A stretch of DNA of 64,000 bases from an uncultured Anaerococcus sp. (GCA_900551095.1 URUJ01000006.1:4925-68924), one strand, 5' to 3'; positions 20,697 to 31,736 are shown, numbered from the stretch's first letter. Program-made: numbers and translations. The notes: generated by a model not told the origin, from the sequence alone.

Positions 20697-21402
20697 TTTT
20701 AATTTTCTCATAGGCAGACTTTGCAGCCATTTGTTCTGCTGTTTTCTTATTTTTGCCTTGTCCTGTCGCAAGCTCTCTATTTCCAAGTCTTACTACCATG
20801 GTAAAGGTCTTATCATGTTCTGGCCCTTCTTCCTTAATTAATTCATAAGAAAGATTTTTTTTGGAATGAGAATTATAATATTCTTGAAGTCTTGTCTTGT
20901 AATCTAAAAACAAAGAGTCGTCTTTGATAATTTTTTTAACTTCTTCACTATAATTATCTCTTAAAAATTCAAACAACCTCTCATATGATGAATCTAGATA
21001 AATTGCAGCGCACATTGCCTCGAAGGTATCTGCCTTGACGTGTTTTTTAAGCTTGCCACCTTGCTTTTTCTCCCCCATACCAAATCTTAAATACTTGGTT
21101 AAGTCAAATTTTTCGCTTGCTTTGGCAAAGGAATCTGTGCATACAATTCTAGACCTAGTTCTTGTTAGCCAACCTTCAGGTTTTTCCTTATAATTTTCAA
21201 AAAGATACTCACTTACAACCATGTCAAGGATAGTATCTCCTAAAAATTCGAGTCTTTCGTTGGATTTTGTTTTTATTCTCGCTTCATTAGTAAAAGAAGA
21301 ATGAGTAAAGGCTACATCTATCAATGCCTTGTCATTGAAGCTGTAGCCTATACTTTTTTCAAATTCTTCGATTTTTTCAAGCCTATCTTTTGACAAAGAC
21401 AT
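20689..21402 (-). CDS. rnc: ribonuclease III
   Basis: NERLEFLGD, ADTFEA, C-terminal dsRBD (KTRLQE...AEQMAA). Confidence 0.96.
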   Translation of the reverse strand: MSLSKDRLEKIEEFEKSIGYSFNDKALIDVAFTHSSFTNEARIKTKSNERLEFLGDTILDMVVSEYLFENYKEKPEGWLTRTRSRIVCTDSFAKASEKFDLTKYLRFGMGEKKQGGKLKKHVKADTFEAMCAAIYLDSSYERLFEFLRDNYSEEVKKIIKDDSLFLDYKTRLQEYYNSHSKKNLSYELIKEEGPEHDKTFTMVVRLGNRELATGQGKNKKTAEQMAAKSAYEKIKND

Positions 21403-21626
21403 TAGTTTTTGCTTTCTATTAAACTTACTATATCTGAAAGAGTTTCTATTTCGTCTAGCTCTTCATCAGTAAATTCTATTTCAAATTCTTCTTCGATTAC
21501 CATGATAAAATCAACTAGGTCAATTGAATCAATATCCATATCGGAAATTTTGCTTTCAAAATCTAGGTTAGCAGTATCAACATCAAGATTTTCTTCTGCT
21601 AGTTTTAGTAATTGTTCTCTAATCAT
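21402..21626 (-). CDS. acpP: acyl carrier protein
   Basis: Acidic 74 aa, DIDSIDLV phosphopantetheine motif; between plsX and rnc. Confidence 0.88.
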   Translation of the reverse strand: MIREQLLKLAEENLDVDTANLDFESKISDMDIDSIDLVDFIMVIEEEFEIEFTDEELDEIETLSDIVSLIESKN

Positions 21627-22596
21627 TTAATTCTCCTTGTATTTTTTCTATAACATCCATATTGATATAATCTATTAATCCCAATATAGCATTTGAAATT
21701 GCAATATCGTTAGAATTTCCATGCGCCTTATATACATAAGACTTTACCCCTAATAATGGTACACCACCAATGTTTTGCGAGCTAAATTTACCCATTTGTT
21801 TAGATAAATCATCCTTTATAGCAAGACCTGCTAGTTTTGTTTTAAATGACTTATATAAAATCTCTTTCATTTGAGATTTAAACAAACTTATTACGCCTTC
21901 TGCAGTCTTTATAGCCACATTTCCTGCAAAACCATCAGCAACTATTACATTTACCTTGCCTGAAAATAGGTCTCTGGCTTCAATATTTCCCACAAAATTA
22001 AGATTTGACTCGCTTAAAAGTTCGTAAGCTTCCTTTGTAAGCTTATCCCCTTTGTGACTTTCAACTCCTACATTTAAAAGCCCGATCTTTGGCTTATCAA
22101 TATGGACAACATTTTCCAAAAATACCTTACCCATGATAGCAAATTCTTCAAGGTAGGCTGGCTTACAATCCATATTTGCACCTGTATCCATTAGCAAAGT
22201 ATATTCGCCAGTAGTAGGAAGAGGTGTTGCTAGAGATGGTCTATCGATGCCTTCAATTCTTTTTGAAATAAATATACCACCTGCAAGGATAGCTCCAGTT
22301 GAACCTGCGGATAATAATCCATCATAGCCTTCTTCTTTTAACTTATTGTAGGCTAAAACTAGGGATGAATTTTTCTTTCTTCTAATAGCTCTTACAGGAT
22401 CTTCATCATTAGATATATATTCGTCAGTATTAATTATTTCATATTGTAAGATTCTACCGTCTATTAATTTTTCTATCTCTTCTTCATTTCCCACAAATAC
22501 AGGTAGAAAGTCTTTTTCTTTCAAAGCTAAAATAGCTCCATCAACCAAGACTTTAGGACCGTTATCTGCGCCAAATGTATCTATTAATATTTTCAT
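21619..22596 (-). CDS. plsX: phosphate acyltransferase PlsX
   Basis: IDTFGADNGP, SAGSTGA, DTGAN, DGFAGN, KAHGNS. Start adjusted to MKILID. Confidence 0.95.
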   Translation of the reverse strand: MKILIDTFGADNGPKVLVDGAILALKEKDFLPVFVGNEEEIEKLIDGRILQYEIINTDEYISNDEDPVRAIRRKKNSSLVLAYNKLKEEGYDGLLSAGSTGAILAGGIFISKRIEGIDRPSLATPLPTTGEYTLLMDTGANMDCKPAYLEEFAIMGKVFLENVVHIDKPKIGLLNVGVESHKGDKLTKEAYELLSESNLNFVGNIEARDLFSGKVNVIVADGFAGNVAIKTAEGVISLFKSQMKEILYKSFKTKLAGLAIKDDLSKQMGKFSSQNIGGVPLLGVKSYVYKAHGNSNDIAISNAILGLIDYINMDVIEKIQGELND

Positions 22597-22687
22597 AAAG
22601 CATCTCCTAATCCAATATATTATACTACAAGTAGTTAAATTTACATAAAAAAAGAGCCTGTTGCTAGGCAACAAACTCCTTTAATAA

Positions 22688-22867
22688 CTATTGTTCATCA
22701 ATTACTGCTACGCCTTTGTATTCCCCACAGGATGGGCAAACTCTGTGTGGTAATTTCATTTCGTGGCAATTTGGACACTCAACATAGTTTGATCTGTTCA
22801 AAGTATAAGCTGAGGCTCTTCTTTTATTTTTTCTTGTTTTTGATGTTCTTCTTTTTGGTACTGCCAT
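22688..22867 (-). CDS. rpmF: 50S ribosomal protein L32 (missed by ORF track, 59 aa)
   Basis: Translated by hand: [69 protein letters not shown]. Confidence 0.95.
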   Translation of the reverse strand: MAVPKRRTSKTRKNKRRASAYTLNRSNYVECPNCHEMKLPHRVCPSCGEYKGVAVIDEQ

Positions 22868-22931
22868 CTATGACACCTCCTCTTATCAGTTTTAGCAATC
22901 TTTTATATTATATAAGCTAAAAGCTTACTTG

Positions 22932-24125
22932 TCAAGCTTCTACAAGAGATTTTGTATCACGAGCTATCATTAATTCTTCGTTAGTTGCTATAACCATTAC
23001 CTTGACTTTAGAGTCATCGGTAGAAATTACATGACAACCACCACGAACATCGTTCTTTTCTGGGTCTATCTTGATACCAAATTGTTCAAATCCTTCCATG
23101 ATATCAGCTCTCATCGGAATAGAATTCTCGCCTATACCACCAGTAAATACTATAGCATCACATGAGCCGATTTCAGCCATGTAGCCTGCTATATATCTTT
23201 TTACTCTAGTTACAAACATATCTAGGGCAATTTGCGCTCTTTCGTTTCCTTCTTTTGCTGCATTTTCAAGGTCTCTAAAGTCGCTTGATACGCCAGATAC
23301 ACCTAGAACACCAGATTTTTTGTTAAGAACAGTTTCCATTTTGTCTGGAGTTAGGTTTTCTTTTTTCATAATATAGGTTACTGCAGCAGGATCCATATCA
23401 CCGCTTCTTGTACCCATTACAAGACCTTCAAGTGGTGTAAGTCCCATTGATGTATCATAGGATTTACCATTTTTAACAGCACATATAGAAGAGCCGTTTC
23501 CTAGGTGGGCAGAGATCATATTTAGATCATTAACATCCTTGCCAAGAACTTCTGCTGTTTTATTAGTAATAAAGTTGTGGCTTGTGCCGTGGAAGCCGTA
23601 TTTTCTAATAGCTTCTTCCTCGTAATATTTATATTCTATACCGTAAAGATAAGTTTTTGCTGGCATAGTTTGGTGGAAGGCTGTATCAAAAACAGCTACA
23701 TTTTTAACATTTAGTAGAAGTTTTTCACAAGCTTCAAGACCCATAAGATTAGCTGGGTTGTGGAGTGGAGCAAATTTTTGATATTCAACTATAGCATCTC
23801 TTACTTCTTCATCGATAAGAGTTGATTTTGTAATCTTCTCTCCACCATGTACGAATCTGTGACCTACAGCGTCAATTTCGTTAAGATCAGCTATTACACC
23901 ATTGTCCTTATCAACTAGGGCATCGAAAACGTGTGAAACAGCTTCTGTATGATCTTTCATGTCTTCTTCAATGATATATTTGTCATCACCCTTTTCTTGG
24001 ATAAGTTTAGATCCTTCGATACCAATTCTTTCTACAAGACCCTTTACCATTACTTCTTCATTTTCCATATCAAATAATTGATATTTAAGTGATGATGAAC
24101 CACAGTTAATTACTAATATTTTCAT
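22932..24125 (-). CDS. ackA: acetate kinase
   Basis: INCGSSSLK, HRFVHGG, APLHNP, YGFHGTSH, FTGGIGEN, TNEE. Confidence 0.97.
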   Translation of the reverse strand: MKILVINCGSSSLKYQLFDMENEEVMVKGLVERIGIEGSKLIQEKGDDKYIIEEDMKDHTEAVSHVFDALVDKDNGVIADLNEIDAVGHRFVHGGEKITKSTLIDEEVRDAIVEYQKFAPLHNPANLMGLEACEKLLLNVKNVAVFDTAFHQTMPAKTYLYGIEYKYYEEEAIRKYGFHGTSHNFITNKTAEVLGKDVNDLNMISAHLGNGSSICAVKNGKSYDTSMGLTPLEGLVMGTRSGDMDPAAVTYIMKKENLTPDKMETVLNKKSGVLGVSGVSSDFRDLENAAKEGNERAQIALDMFVTRVKRYIAGYMAEIGSCDAIVFTGGIGENSIPMRADIMEGFEQFGIKIDPEKNDVRGGCHVISTDDSKVKVMVIATNEELMIARDTKSLVEA

Positions 24126-24188
24126 TTTTCCTCCAATTTATTTCTCATTTTCTATAATCATTATACCGTAAATGATTTTTTGGCAATG

Positions 24189-24590
24189 CTAATAAACTCT
24201 CTTGTATACAATTTCAATCTTTTTATTTTTATCTTCTTTATAAGTTAAAATGGCATTACTCCTAGCGCCTTGATACAAAGCACTTACATTTATTATCTTC
24301 TCCCCTTCTGCCTTTTTGACATCATTATCAGGCGTACCGTTAAAAATTTCAATTTTTGACTTATGATCAAAGTGCCTTAAAATATCTCCGCTTTGTATTT
24401 CATTGCCATTATTTTTCTCTTCTATAATCATATTTAATACCGACTCAGCTTCAAAGAGGGCAATTTTTTTATTATATAGACTTTCACTAATATCGTAATT
24501 TGTATCATTTTCCTTGTAGATAAAAGTAACAGTTAGACCAAAAACAAGGAGAATTAGAAGGACATATATGCTTACAAAGGCCTTCTTCAT
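24189..24590 (-). CDS. minor pilin-like protein (ComGG/PilX-like)
   Basis: KKAF followed by a hydrophobic N-terminal helix; last gene of the pilin cluster. Confidence 0.6.
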   Translation of the reverse strand: MKKAFVSIYVLLILLVFGLTVTFIYKENDTNYDISESLYNKKIALFEAESVLNMIIEEKNNGNEIQSGDILRHFDHKSKIEIFNGTPDNDVKKAEGEKIINVSALYQGARSNAILTYKEDKNKKIEIVYKRVY

Positions 24591-25057
24591 TGCTTATCCC
24601 CCACATAAACAGCACTTTTAAAGGTATAAGTCCCATTTTTACTTTTTATCCTCATATCAATTACCTCTTCGCTAGGGTCATAGGAAAGATCAAGGTCCCC
24701 GCACTCGCATATTTTGTTTGATGTGCCGTCAGAATCTTTATTAATATTTGATCTTTTTATATACAAAAATCCATCTTTTGAATAAAAAAAGAAACTAGAT
24801 TCTGTGTAATCTGTGTTCATAATATAACCAGTAAAATTTGAATTTTCGTGATTATCTATTTCTATCTTATGACTTCTTCTAATTGTAGTATCTATATAAG
24901 CCATTGCTGTGTAGGCTTCTTTATAATCTTTTTCATCGCTGTAAGACTTATTTAAAATATTGATATTTAATGAAAACAAATTTGACAATATCAAAACCAA
25001 AAAAGAAATAATAGCAAGGCTTATAACAAGCTCAATTAAACTAAAACCCTTCTTCAT
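24587..25057 (-). CDS. prepilin-type N-terminal cleavage/methylation protein (minor pilin)
   Basis: KKG/FSLIELVISL class III signal. Confidence 0.85.
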   Translation of the reverse strand: MKKGFSLIELVISLAIISFLVLILSNLFSLNINILNKSYSDEKDYKEAYTAMAYIDTTIRRSHKIEIDNHENSNFTGYIMNTDYTESSFFFYSKDGFLYIKRSNINKDSDGTSNKICECGDLDLSYDPSEEVIDMRIKSKNGTYTFKSAVYVGDKQ

Positions 25058-25391
25058 TACAAGCCTCTATTAATTCAAAACTCTGCCCTTCAAAACTTGC
25101 CCTAATTTTTTTATAATTAGCAGTAAGGACTGGGTTTTCGTATTTTTCAACACTTATCTCAACGTTTTTGCCATTTATTTCCTTATTTTCTCTATGACCG
25201 ATTGGTTTATTCCTGCTTTTTTCGATAGCTTCTTGCAGGATAAATGAAGTATCTGGAACATCTTTTATTTTTCTTGAATTTTCAAGATTACTGGTTACAG
25301 CTGGGAGCAAAAACAAAGTAATAATACTTAGTAAAAGGATTGCAATCAAAACTTCTATAAGGCTAAAGGCCCTCCTTGTTTTTCTCATCAA
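25041..25391 (-). CDS. prepilin-type minor pilin
   Basis: RRA/FSLIEVLIA class III signal. Confidence 0.85.
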   Translation of the reverse strand: MMRKTRRAFSLIEVLIAILLLSIITLFLLPAVTSNLENSRKIKDVPDTSFILQEAIEKSRNKPIGHRENKEINGKNVEISVEKYENPVLTANYKKIRASFEGQSFELIEACNEEGF

Positions 25392-25803
25392 GATAACCTC
25401 CTACTGCATCTATTGTAAAATACCATCTAACATCGGGATCTTTTTTTGAAACAAAAATCAAATTATATCCTTCTACTGTTTTAGGTGAACTCACATATCC
25501 ATTAGGTTTAAACGTAATTTCTTCAGTATTTAAAGATTTAATATAATTTAATTCTCGCACTTTTTCTATAGTTCCCCTTGTTATATAATAGTCATCGGTA
25601 AAGGTCATGTAATTTTCAGACCCTGTTGATAGAGATAAATCCCTCAGATAGGAATAATCATCTATGAAATTTTGTATTTCATTTCTAGCTCCGATTTTAT
25701 CAACTACGTTAAATCTTAAAATAGCGATCCCACTGCCAATTGATATTATTCCTAAGACTATAATTAATTCTATAAGAGTAAATCCAGATTTTTTCATAGC
25801 CAA
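25363..25803 (-). CDS. prepilin-type minor pilin
   Basis: KSG/FTLIELIIV class III signal. Confidence 0.85.
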   Translation of the reverse strand: MAMKKSGFTLIELIIVLGIISIGSGIAILRFNVVDKIGARNEIQNFIDDYSYLRDLSLSTGSENYMTFTDDYYITRGTIEKVRELNYIKSLNTEEITFKPNGYVSSPKTVEGYNLIFVSKKDPDVRWYFTIDAVGGYLDEKNKEGL

Positions 25804-26516
25804 TCCTTAAAAATTACTAGCAGTAAAAATGCAATAGAAATTGCTGGGCATAATGCAATAGAGCCTTTTAGTGACTTTTGTCTAATCGCCTTTATTATGG
25901 CAAAAAAAGCTCCTATCCAGATTGATAACAATATAAATCTTGTAATAAGAGAATTTTCTAAAAAGCAAAATAAGCCTAGGTAAAAAAATAAATCACCATC
26001 ACCAAGCCCACCTTTAGAAATCCACCTTACCAACATAAATATAAGAGTAAATATAAAGCATATAGACAAAAATTTTAAGTTTATTTTTAGAAAAATCAAC
26101 CTATAATCAAAACCTATTATAAGCAAGATTTTTAAATCCTTATCGTAGATTTCTAGAAATTTGTAATCAGTAATTGAGATTAATAGACTAAATAAAAGTG
26201 CAACCGCTAAAAAAAGACCCTCAAAAATATTATAAAATTTAAACACAAAAACAAAGGCAAAGCCAGCCATGATTTCCACTAAGACCTTGTCTTTGGATAT
26301 TTTTTGCCCACAGCACCTAGTTTTTCCTTTTAGTAGTAAAAAAGATAAAACTGGAACTAGGTCTCTTTTTAATATTCTTTTTCCACAAAAATCACAAAAA
26401 CTAGGAGGAGATATGATAGATATCCCCACTTCTCGCCTATAAGCTAAGGCTGATATAAAAGAGCCAAAGGAAGCTCCTAGCATGAATATTAGATAATATA
26501 TAATTATAGCTTCCAT
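25794..26516 (-). CDS. prepilin peptidase (A24, PilD/ComC-like)
   Basis: GSF..., PPSFCDFCG...RDLVPVLSFLLLKGK, GLGDGD; multiple TM segments. Confidence 0.9.
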   Translation of the reverse strand: MEAIIIYYLIFMLGASFGSFISALAYRREVGISIISPPSFCDFCGKRILKRDLVPVLSFLLLKGKTRCCGQKISKDKVLVEIMAGFAFVFVFKFYNIFEGLFLAVALLFSLLISITDYKFLEIYDKDLKILLIIGFDYRLIFLKINLKFLSICFIFTLIFMLVRWISKGGLGDGDLFFYLGLFCFLENSLITRFILLSIWIGAFFAIIKAIRQKSLKGSIALCPAISIAFLLLVIFKDWL

Positions 26517-26539
26517 ACTAGAACCTCACTTTTAATAAA

Positions 26540-26923
26540 TTATTTTTTCAATATACTTTCATCAGGTTCAACCCTAAGTCCCTTTGAATCGTAGATAACT
26601 TTGTACCCAGTTTTATCTGTTTTTAAGCCATTTGGAATTTCTGGCCATTTTTCAACATAACTTTCGTAATCATTATTCTTATCTGCACTAGTATCTGACT
26701 CTCCGACTTTCTTCTCCCATGTAAATTCCTCATCCTTATCTAAAATCTTCATCTTAGCCGCAGATTTTAACATCTCAACATTAGCTAGGTGAGCAGTTTC
26801 TGCAGCCTTTATCCTAGATTTGTTATATTTAGGGATGGCTATAGCTGCTAAAATCCCCAAGATTGCAATTACAATTATTAGCTCAACTAGAGTAAAAGCT
26901 TGTCTTTTCTTTTTCTTATTCAT
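26540..26923 (-). CDS. major type IV pilin-like protein
   Basis: QA/FTLVELIIVIAILGILAAIAIPKY. Confidence 0.88.
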   Translation of the reverse strand: MNKKKKRQAFTLVELIIVIAILGILAAIAIPKYNKSRIKAAETAHLANVEMLKSAAKMKILDKDEEFTWEKKVGESDTSADKNNDYESYVEKWPEIPNGLKTDKTGYKVIYDSKGLRVEPDESILKK

Positions 26924-26924
26924 T

Positions 26925-28025
26925 TCACACTCCACTTATTCCATTTATAGAATCAAACATAGGTATAGATACAGAAAATACCACAAAAGCTACTAATAAG
27001 CCCATAATAATGATTAAAACTGGCTCAGCAAGACTTGTCATCCTTTTTATTTTGAATATGTACTCGTTTTGAAAGTAGTCATTGGCTTTTTTCATACATT
27101 CGTCAAGACTTGCCGTTTCTTCGCCAATTTCCACCATAGATATCAAAATAGGCGAAAAAATCCCAGCTTCACTAAAAGCATGGCTAAGGCTTTTCCCATT
27201 ATCTATACTTTTTTTAATCTCAAACAATACTTCCTTTACATAGGTATTTTTAAATGAATCTGCCAGTATATCGAAAGAATATATTGTCTCTATATCACCA
27301 CTTCTTAAAATATAATAAATCGAAGTTAGCTGGTATTCTATTCTCAACCTGTTTATACCATAAATTGGCTTAAAATAAAAAATTTTCTTATCTATAGCTA
27401 CTTTTTTCTTGTAATTTGTCCTTAATAATAACAATACCAAAAAAATTAGCGCAAGGATTAGTAAAATTATGAGATAGTTTTCCGAGAAAAATCTTGATAT
27501 CCCAAGCAAAATCCTTGTAAGTAGTGGCAGAGTCATATCAGAGCTTTCGAAAATTTCTATAAAACTTGGCATGACAAATTTAATAATCGCAATTATTACT
27601 AAAATTGAAACGACTAAAACTAATATTGGATAGGTCATAGCTTGTTTTACTTTTGCCTTATTCTTACTTTCCTCAAAGATAAAATCAGATAAATCTTGGA
27701 GGATTTTCCCTAAAGAGCCTGTTTTCGTACCTGTTTTTATAAAGGCTAGAACTATGGGAGAAAAATATTCTTTTGCCAAAAAGAATGATTCATAGGGATC
27801 TAGTCCCTTTTTTAGTCCCTCGGTAACTAGATTGATTGCCTTTGTAACTTTTTTATCCGCCCCTTGTTTTTTTATTATTTCTAAACTATCGTATAAACTT
27901 ATGCCCGAATTTAAAAGCAAGGATAGTTCATTTAGAAACAAGGACATAGCCCTAGAATCTATCTTCTTAGGTCCTATGTCCTTCATTAATACACTTGCTA
28001 TCCTCATATTTTTATTACTATTCAA
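26925..28025 (-). CDS. type II secretion F family / PilC platform protein
   Basis: LLNSGISL, AMTYPIL, GEET..L, EPVLII motifs. Confidence 0.9.
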   Translation of the reverse strand: MNSNKNMRIASVLMKDIGPKKIDSRAMSLFLNELSLLLNSGISLYDSLEIIKKQGADKKVTKAINLVTEGLKKGLDPYESFFLAKEYFSPIVLAFIKTGTKTGSLGKILQDLSDFIFEESKNKAKVKQAMTYPILVLVVSILVIIAIIKFVMPSFIEIFESSDMTLPLLTRILLGISRFFSENYLIILLILALIFLVLLLLRTNYKKKVAIDKKIFYFKPIYGINRLRIEYQLTSIYYILRSGDIETIYSFDILADSFKNTYVKEVLFEIKKSIDNGKSLSHAFSEAGIFSPILISMVEIGEETASLDECMKKANDYFQNEYIFKIKRMTSLAEPVLIIIMGLLVAFVVFSVSIPMFDSINGISGV

Positions 28026-28586
28026 TTATACATTCATTAATTCTGTATTCTTTTTGTCAGCTAATTCTTCTACAGATTTGATATATTTATCAGTAATCTT
28101 TTGTAGGTCTTCTTCAAGAGCATACCTATCGTCTTCAGTTATATCTCCAGTTTTTTCTGATTTTTTAACTTCATCCATATAGTCACGTCTTATATTTCTT
28201 ACAACTATTCTTGCATCTTCTGCGTAAGTATTTACTTCTTTGGTATATTCTTTTCTTCTTTCTTCTGTAAGAGCAGGGAATGGTAGTCTAATAACTTCAC
28301 CATCATTACCTGGTGTAATACCGATGTTTGATTTTAGAATTGCTTTTTCAATTGCTTGGATATTTGACTTATCCCAAGGTTTTATAACAAGAAGTCTAGC
28401 TTCAGGGATTGAGATTGTAGCTGCTTGGTTAATTGGTGTTTCTGTTCCATAATATGAGAAAGTGATACCGTCAAGTATAGCCTCTGTAGCTCTTCCTGCC
28501 TTAATTGTAGATATTCTTTTTTCAAAAGATTCTACTGCTTTTTTCATTCCAGCTTCTGTTTCTTTTTTTATTTGTTCATATAACAT
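28026..28586 (-). CDS. frr: ribosome recycling factor
   Basis: GRA, YYGTETPINQ, LTEERRK, RNIRR. Confidence 0.96.
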   Translation of the reverse strand: MLYEQIKKETEAGMKKAVESFEKRISTIKAGRATEAILDGITFSYYGTETPINQAATISIPEARLLVIKPWDKSNIQAIEKAILKSNIGITPGNDGEVIRLPFPALTEERRKEYTKEVNTYAEDARIVVRNIRRDYMDEVKKSEKTGDITEDDRYALEEDLQKITDKYIKSVEELADKKNTELMNV

Positions 28587-28587
28587 A

Positions 28588-29301
28588 TTAAAAACTCTCC
28601 TTTACTCTTGTGCCTAGATTTTCATCTTCAAATACTCTTACCATATTTGCTGGGTCATCTATACCAAAAACTATAAGTGGCATATTGTTATCCATGCAAA
28701 GTGAAGTAGCTGTAGTATCCATTATCTTAAGCTCTTTTTGTAAGATTTCCATATAAGTGAGCTTATCAAATTTCTTCGCATCCTTATATACATTTGGGTC
28801 CTTATCATAAATGCCATCTGTACCAGTCTTACCAAGTAAAATTACATCAGCTCCTATTTCTAAAGCTCTAAGGCTCGCTGTTGTATCTGTTGAGAAATAT
28901 GGAAGACCTGTTCCTGCTGAAAATATAACAACCCTACCCTTTTCAAGGTGTCTTACTGCTCTACGTCTTATATATGGCTCAGCGACTTCCTTCATAGAAA
29001 TTGCTGTCATAAGCCTTGTATCAAGTCCCATTTCCTCTAGAGTACCCTGCACTCTAAGTCCATTCATAACAGTACCAAGCATACCAATATTATCAGAACT
29101 TGCCCTATCTATAGTTGTTCCTGACCTACCTCGCCAGAAATTTCCACCGCCAACTACTATAGCGACTTCAACGCCTTTTTCGGTAAGGATTTTGATATTT
29201 TCACAAATTTTTGTAATCATTTCATCATCAAAACCAAATCCAGTCTTGCCAGCAAGGGCTTCACCACTTAGTTTTAATATAACTCTTTTAGTATCCTGCA
29301 A
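28588..29301 (-). CDS. pyrH: UMP kinase
   Basis: [32 protein letters not shown]. Confidence 0.97.
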   Translation of the reverse strand: MQDTKRVILKLSGEALAGKTGFGFDDEMITKICENIKILTEKGVEVAIVVGGGNFWRGRSGTTIDRASSDNIGMLGTVMNGLRVQGTLEEMGLDTRLMTAISMKEVAEPYIRRRAVRHLEKGRVVIFSAGTGLPYFSTDTTASLRALEIGADVILLGKTGTDGIYDKDPNVYKDAKKFDKLTYMEILQKELKIMDTTATSLCMDNNMPLIVFGIDDPANMVRVFEDENLGTRVKESF

Positions 29302-29386
29302 AATATTCCTCCTACTTATTATTAATTATAACCTATAAATGATAACATTTGCAAGTCTTTATAACTTTTAAAATTTTCCCTATAAA

Positions 29387-30775
29387 TTAAAATGATCCTC
29401 TCATCCATTTACCTTGCTTGTAGATAATATGGGCAATTATACTTATAATGACATTTGAAATTGACATAGCAAGCCAAATTCCTGTTGCCCCAAAATTAGT
29501 TAGATATTTAAAGAAAAACAAGAGAGGAATTCTAATGCCCCAAAGCCTTAAAACGTCTATAAACATCGAATATTTTGAATTACCAGATCCTTGGAAAAGT
29601 CCCTGGTAAATAAAAAACATATTTAACATCACAAGAGTTAAAAGAGTGTAGTACATATAGGTATTTGCCTCAATCATTAAAGTAGAATCTAAAGGTGCAT
29701 CTATAAAGAACCTAAGAATTTCGACCCTAAAAATAAAGCTTACTATAGCGATGATAATTGACATTACAACAACTATTATAGATGCTTTTTTGAAAGTTTC
29801 CTTGGCCCTTTTTATATTTCCACTGCCAATATTTTGACCGATAATACTTGTAATCGCAGAACCAACACCACCTGGTGGGATATTTAAAAGTCCACTGATT
29901 CTATTAACCATACCATAAGCTGCCACTGTATCTGTTCCATAAGATTGGATGAAAATGTTTAGGATAATAAATCCTACAGCTGCTCCCATTTGCCCTATAA
30001 CTGAAGGAGTCGCTATGGTGTAGATTTTTTTTAATATCTTTCTTTCCCATTTTATGTAAAATAGAGAAGCATAGTTTAATTTTATTAAATCTTTGTTAAT
30101 CCTTAGATGGATAAAACCTAAAAGACACATCAAGGCTTGGGTCAATACTGTAGCGAGAGCTGCTCCCATAACCCCAAGTCCAAGACCTCTAAAACCAAAA
30201 ATTGGTATAACATCAAAGATAAAAAATGGGTTTAAAACCATATTTAAAATTACACATGTGGTACTAATTACAGTTGGTATAGCGTTTTTCCCTTGAGCCT
30301 GAAAAACTGCAGTATACACGAAATATAAAAATATAAAGGGAATCCCAAAATAAGAATATTTTAAATACTCAACTGAATATTTGTACAAATCTCCACTTGC
30401 TCCCATTAGGCCCACAATAAATTCTGCTGTAAAAAAACCTACAACCATAAAAACTATCGAAAATATAAGGGAAATATTTATAATCGTGTCGTTATATTTT
30501 TGAGCAAGTTTAATATCTCCCATGCCTATAAGTTGAGAAATAAGGGAAATAGCCGCAATTGATAAACCTATACCGATTGAATTAAACAAAAAAATAACAG
30601 GCCATGTAAAAGAAGTTGCTGCAAACTCTGCAGTTCCTAGTTTACCTAACCAAAAGGCATCGGCCAAAGAATATAATTGCTGGATAAAGTTGTTTAAAAT
30701 TATTGGTATGGAAATAACCGCTATAGCCTTGTAGATATTTCCATGTAATATTAATTCTCTACGGTCTTTTCTCAT
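29387..30775 (-). CDS. MATE family efflux transporter
   Basis: 12-TM pattern, QQLYSLADAFWLG, LNMVLNPFFI, GVMGAALAT, GQNIG. Confidence 0.92.
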   Translation of the reverse strand: MRKDRRELILHGNIYKAIAVISIPIILNNFIQQLYSLADAFWLGKLGTAEFAATSFTWPVIFLFNSIGIGLSIAAISLISQLIGMGDIKLAQKYNDTIINISLIFSIVFMVVGFFTAEFIVGLMGASGDLYKYSVEYLKYSYFGIPFIFLYFVYTAVFQAQGKNAIPTVISTTCVILNMVLNPFFIFDVIPIFGFRGLGLGVMGAALATVLTQALMCLLGFIHLRINKDLIKLNYASLFYIKWERKILKKIYTIATPSVIGQMGAAVGFIILNIFIQSYGTDTVAAYGMVNRISGLLNIPPGGVGSAITSIIGQNIGSGNIKRAKETFKKASIIVVVMSIIIAIVSFIFRVEILRFFIDAPLDSTLMIEANTYMYYTLLTLVMLNMFFIYQGLFQGSGNSKYSMFIDVLRLWGIRIPLLFFFKYLTNFGATGIWLAMSISNVIISIIAHIIYKQGKWMRGSF

Positions 30776-30927
30776 AAATTCTCCTTGGTAAAATCTTATA
30801 GATATTCTACCATTTTTAATGAAAATTAGTAGATTATTTTATTTTATATCTTTATCACTTTTTAAATATTTGCTATAAAAAAACTGATGAAAATAAGATA
30901 AAAAATCTTATGCTCACCAGCTTTTCT

Positions 30928-31713
30928 TTATTTACTTAATACATAATTGTGCATTAAAGGACCTGAGCCTTTGCCAAGGTTAAGACCAGCTCTCAGAGCT
31001 CCTGTTAGATATTCTTTGGCATTTTTGATTGCTTGATCAAGGTCTTCGCCCTTAGCCAAATTTGCCGCTATAGCGCTAGAAAGAGTGCATCCTGTACCGT
31101 GGGTATTGTTATTATCTATCCTTTCAGATAGAAACCATTTAAAATCGCCCTTCCTATATAAAAGGTCATTGGCATCGTTCACTTTATGGCCTCCCTTAAG
31201 TAGGACCGCGCAGTTATATTTTTCGCCAATAGTTTCAGCGGTCTTTTCCATATCGGCCTCATTTTCAATTTTCATACTAGCAAGGATTTCTCCTTCTGGA
31301 ATATTTGGTGTAATCACATCCGCTAGAGGAATTAACCTATTAATCAAGCTATCCATTGCTTCTTCTTTTAATAATACCGCTCCAGATGTGGCTACCATCA
31401 CAGGATCAAGAACGATATTTTTTGCTTCATACTTTTTTAGTGATTTTGAGATAGCTTCCACAATTTCTGGCGAAGATACCATACCAATTTTAATCGCGTC
31501 TGGATAAATGTCAGTAAAAACAGCGTCCATTTGAGAAATTATAAATTCTGGACTCACATCAAGAATACCACTAACTCCTAGGGTATTTTGAGCAGTAAGA
31601 GCTGTAATTACGCTCATTGCGTATACACCATTTACAGTCATAGTTTTTAGATCAGCTTGGATACCTGCTCCACCAGATGAATCTGATCCTGCGATTGTTA
31701 AACAAGTTTTCAT
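30928..31713 (-). CDS. thiD: hydroxymethylpyrimidine/phosphomethylpyrimidine kinase
   Basis: TIAGSDSSGGAGIQADLKT, DPVMVATSG, HGTGCTLS. Confidence 0.96.
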   Translation of the reverse strand: MKTCLTIAGSDSSGGAGIQADLKTMTVNGVYAMSVITALTAQNTLGVSGILDVSPEFIISQMDAVFTDIYPDAIKIGMVSSPEIVEAISKSLKKYEAKNIVLDPVMVATSGAVLLKEEAMDSLINRLIPLADVITPNIPEGEILASMKIENEADMEKTAETIGEKYNCAVLLKGGHKVNDANDLLYRKGDFKWFLSERIDNNNTHGTGCTLSSAIAANLAKGEDLDQAIKNAKEYLTGALRAGLNLGKGSGPLMHNYVLSK

Positions 31714-31736
31714 AAAAATCTCCTTTTAAAATATTT

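Noticed and set aside
22732..22920. 62-aa + strand ORF
   Set aside because: Antisense to rpmF (22688-22867, minus strand), which is the real gene.
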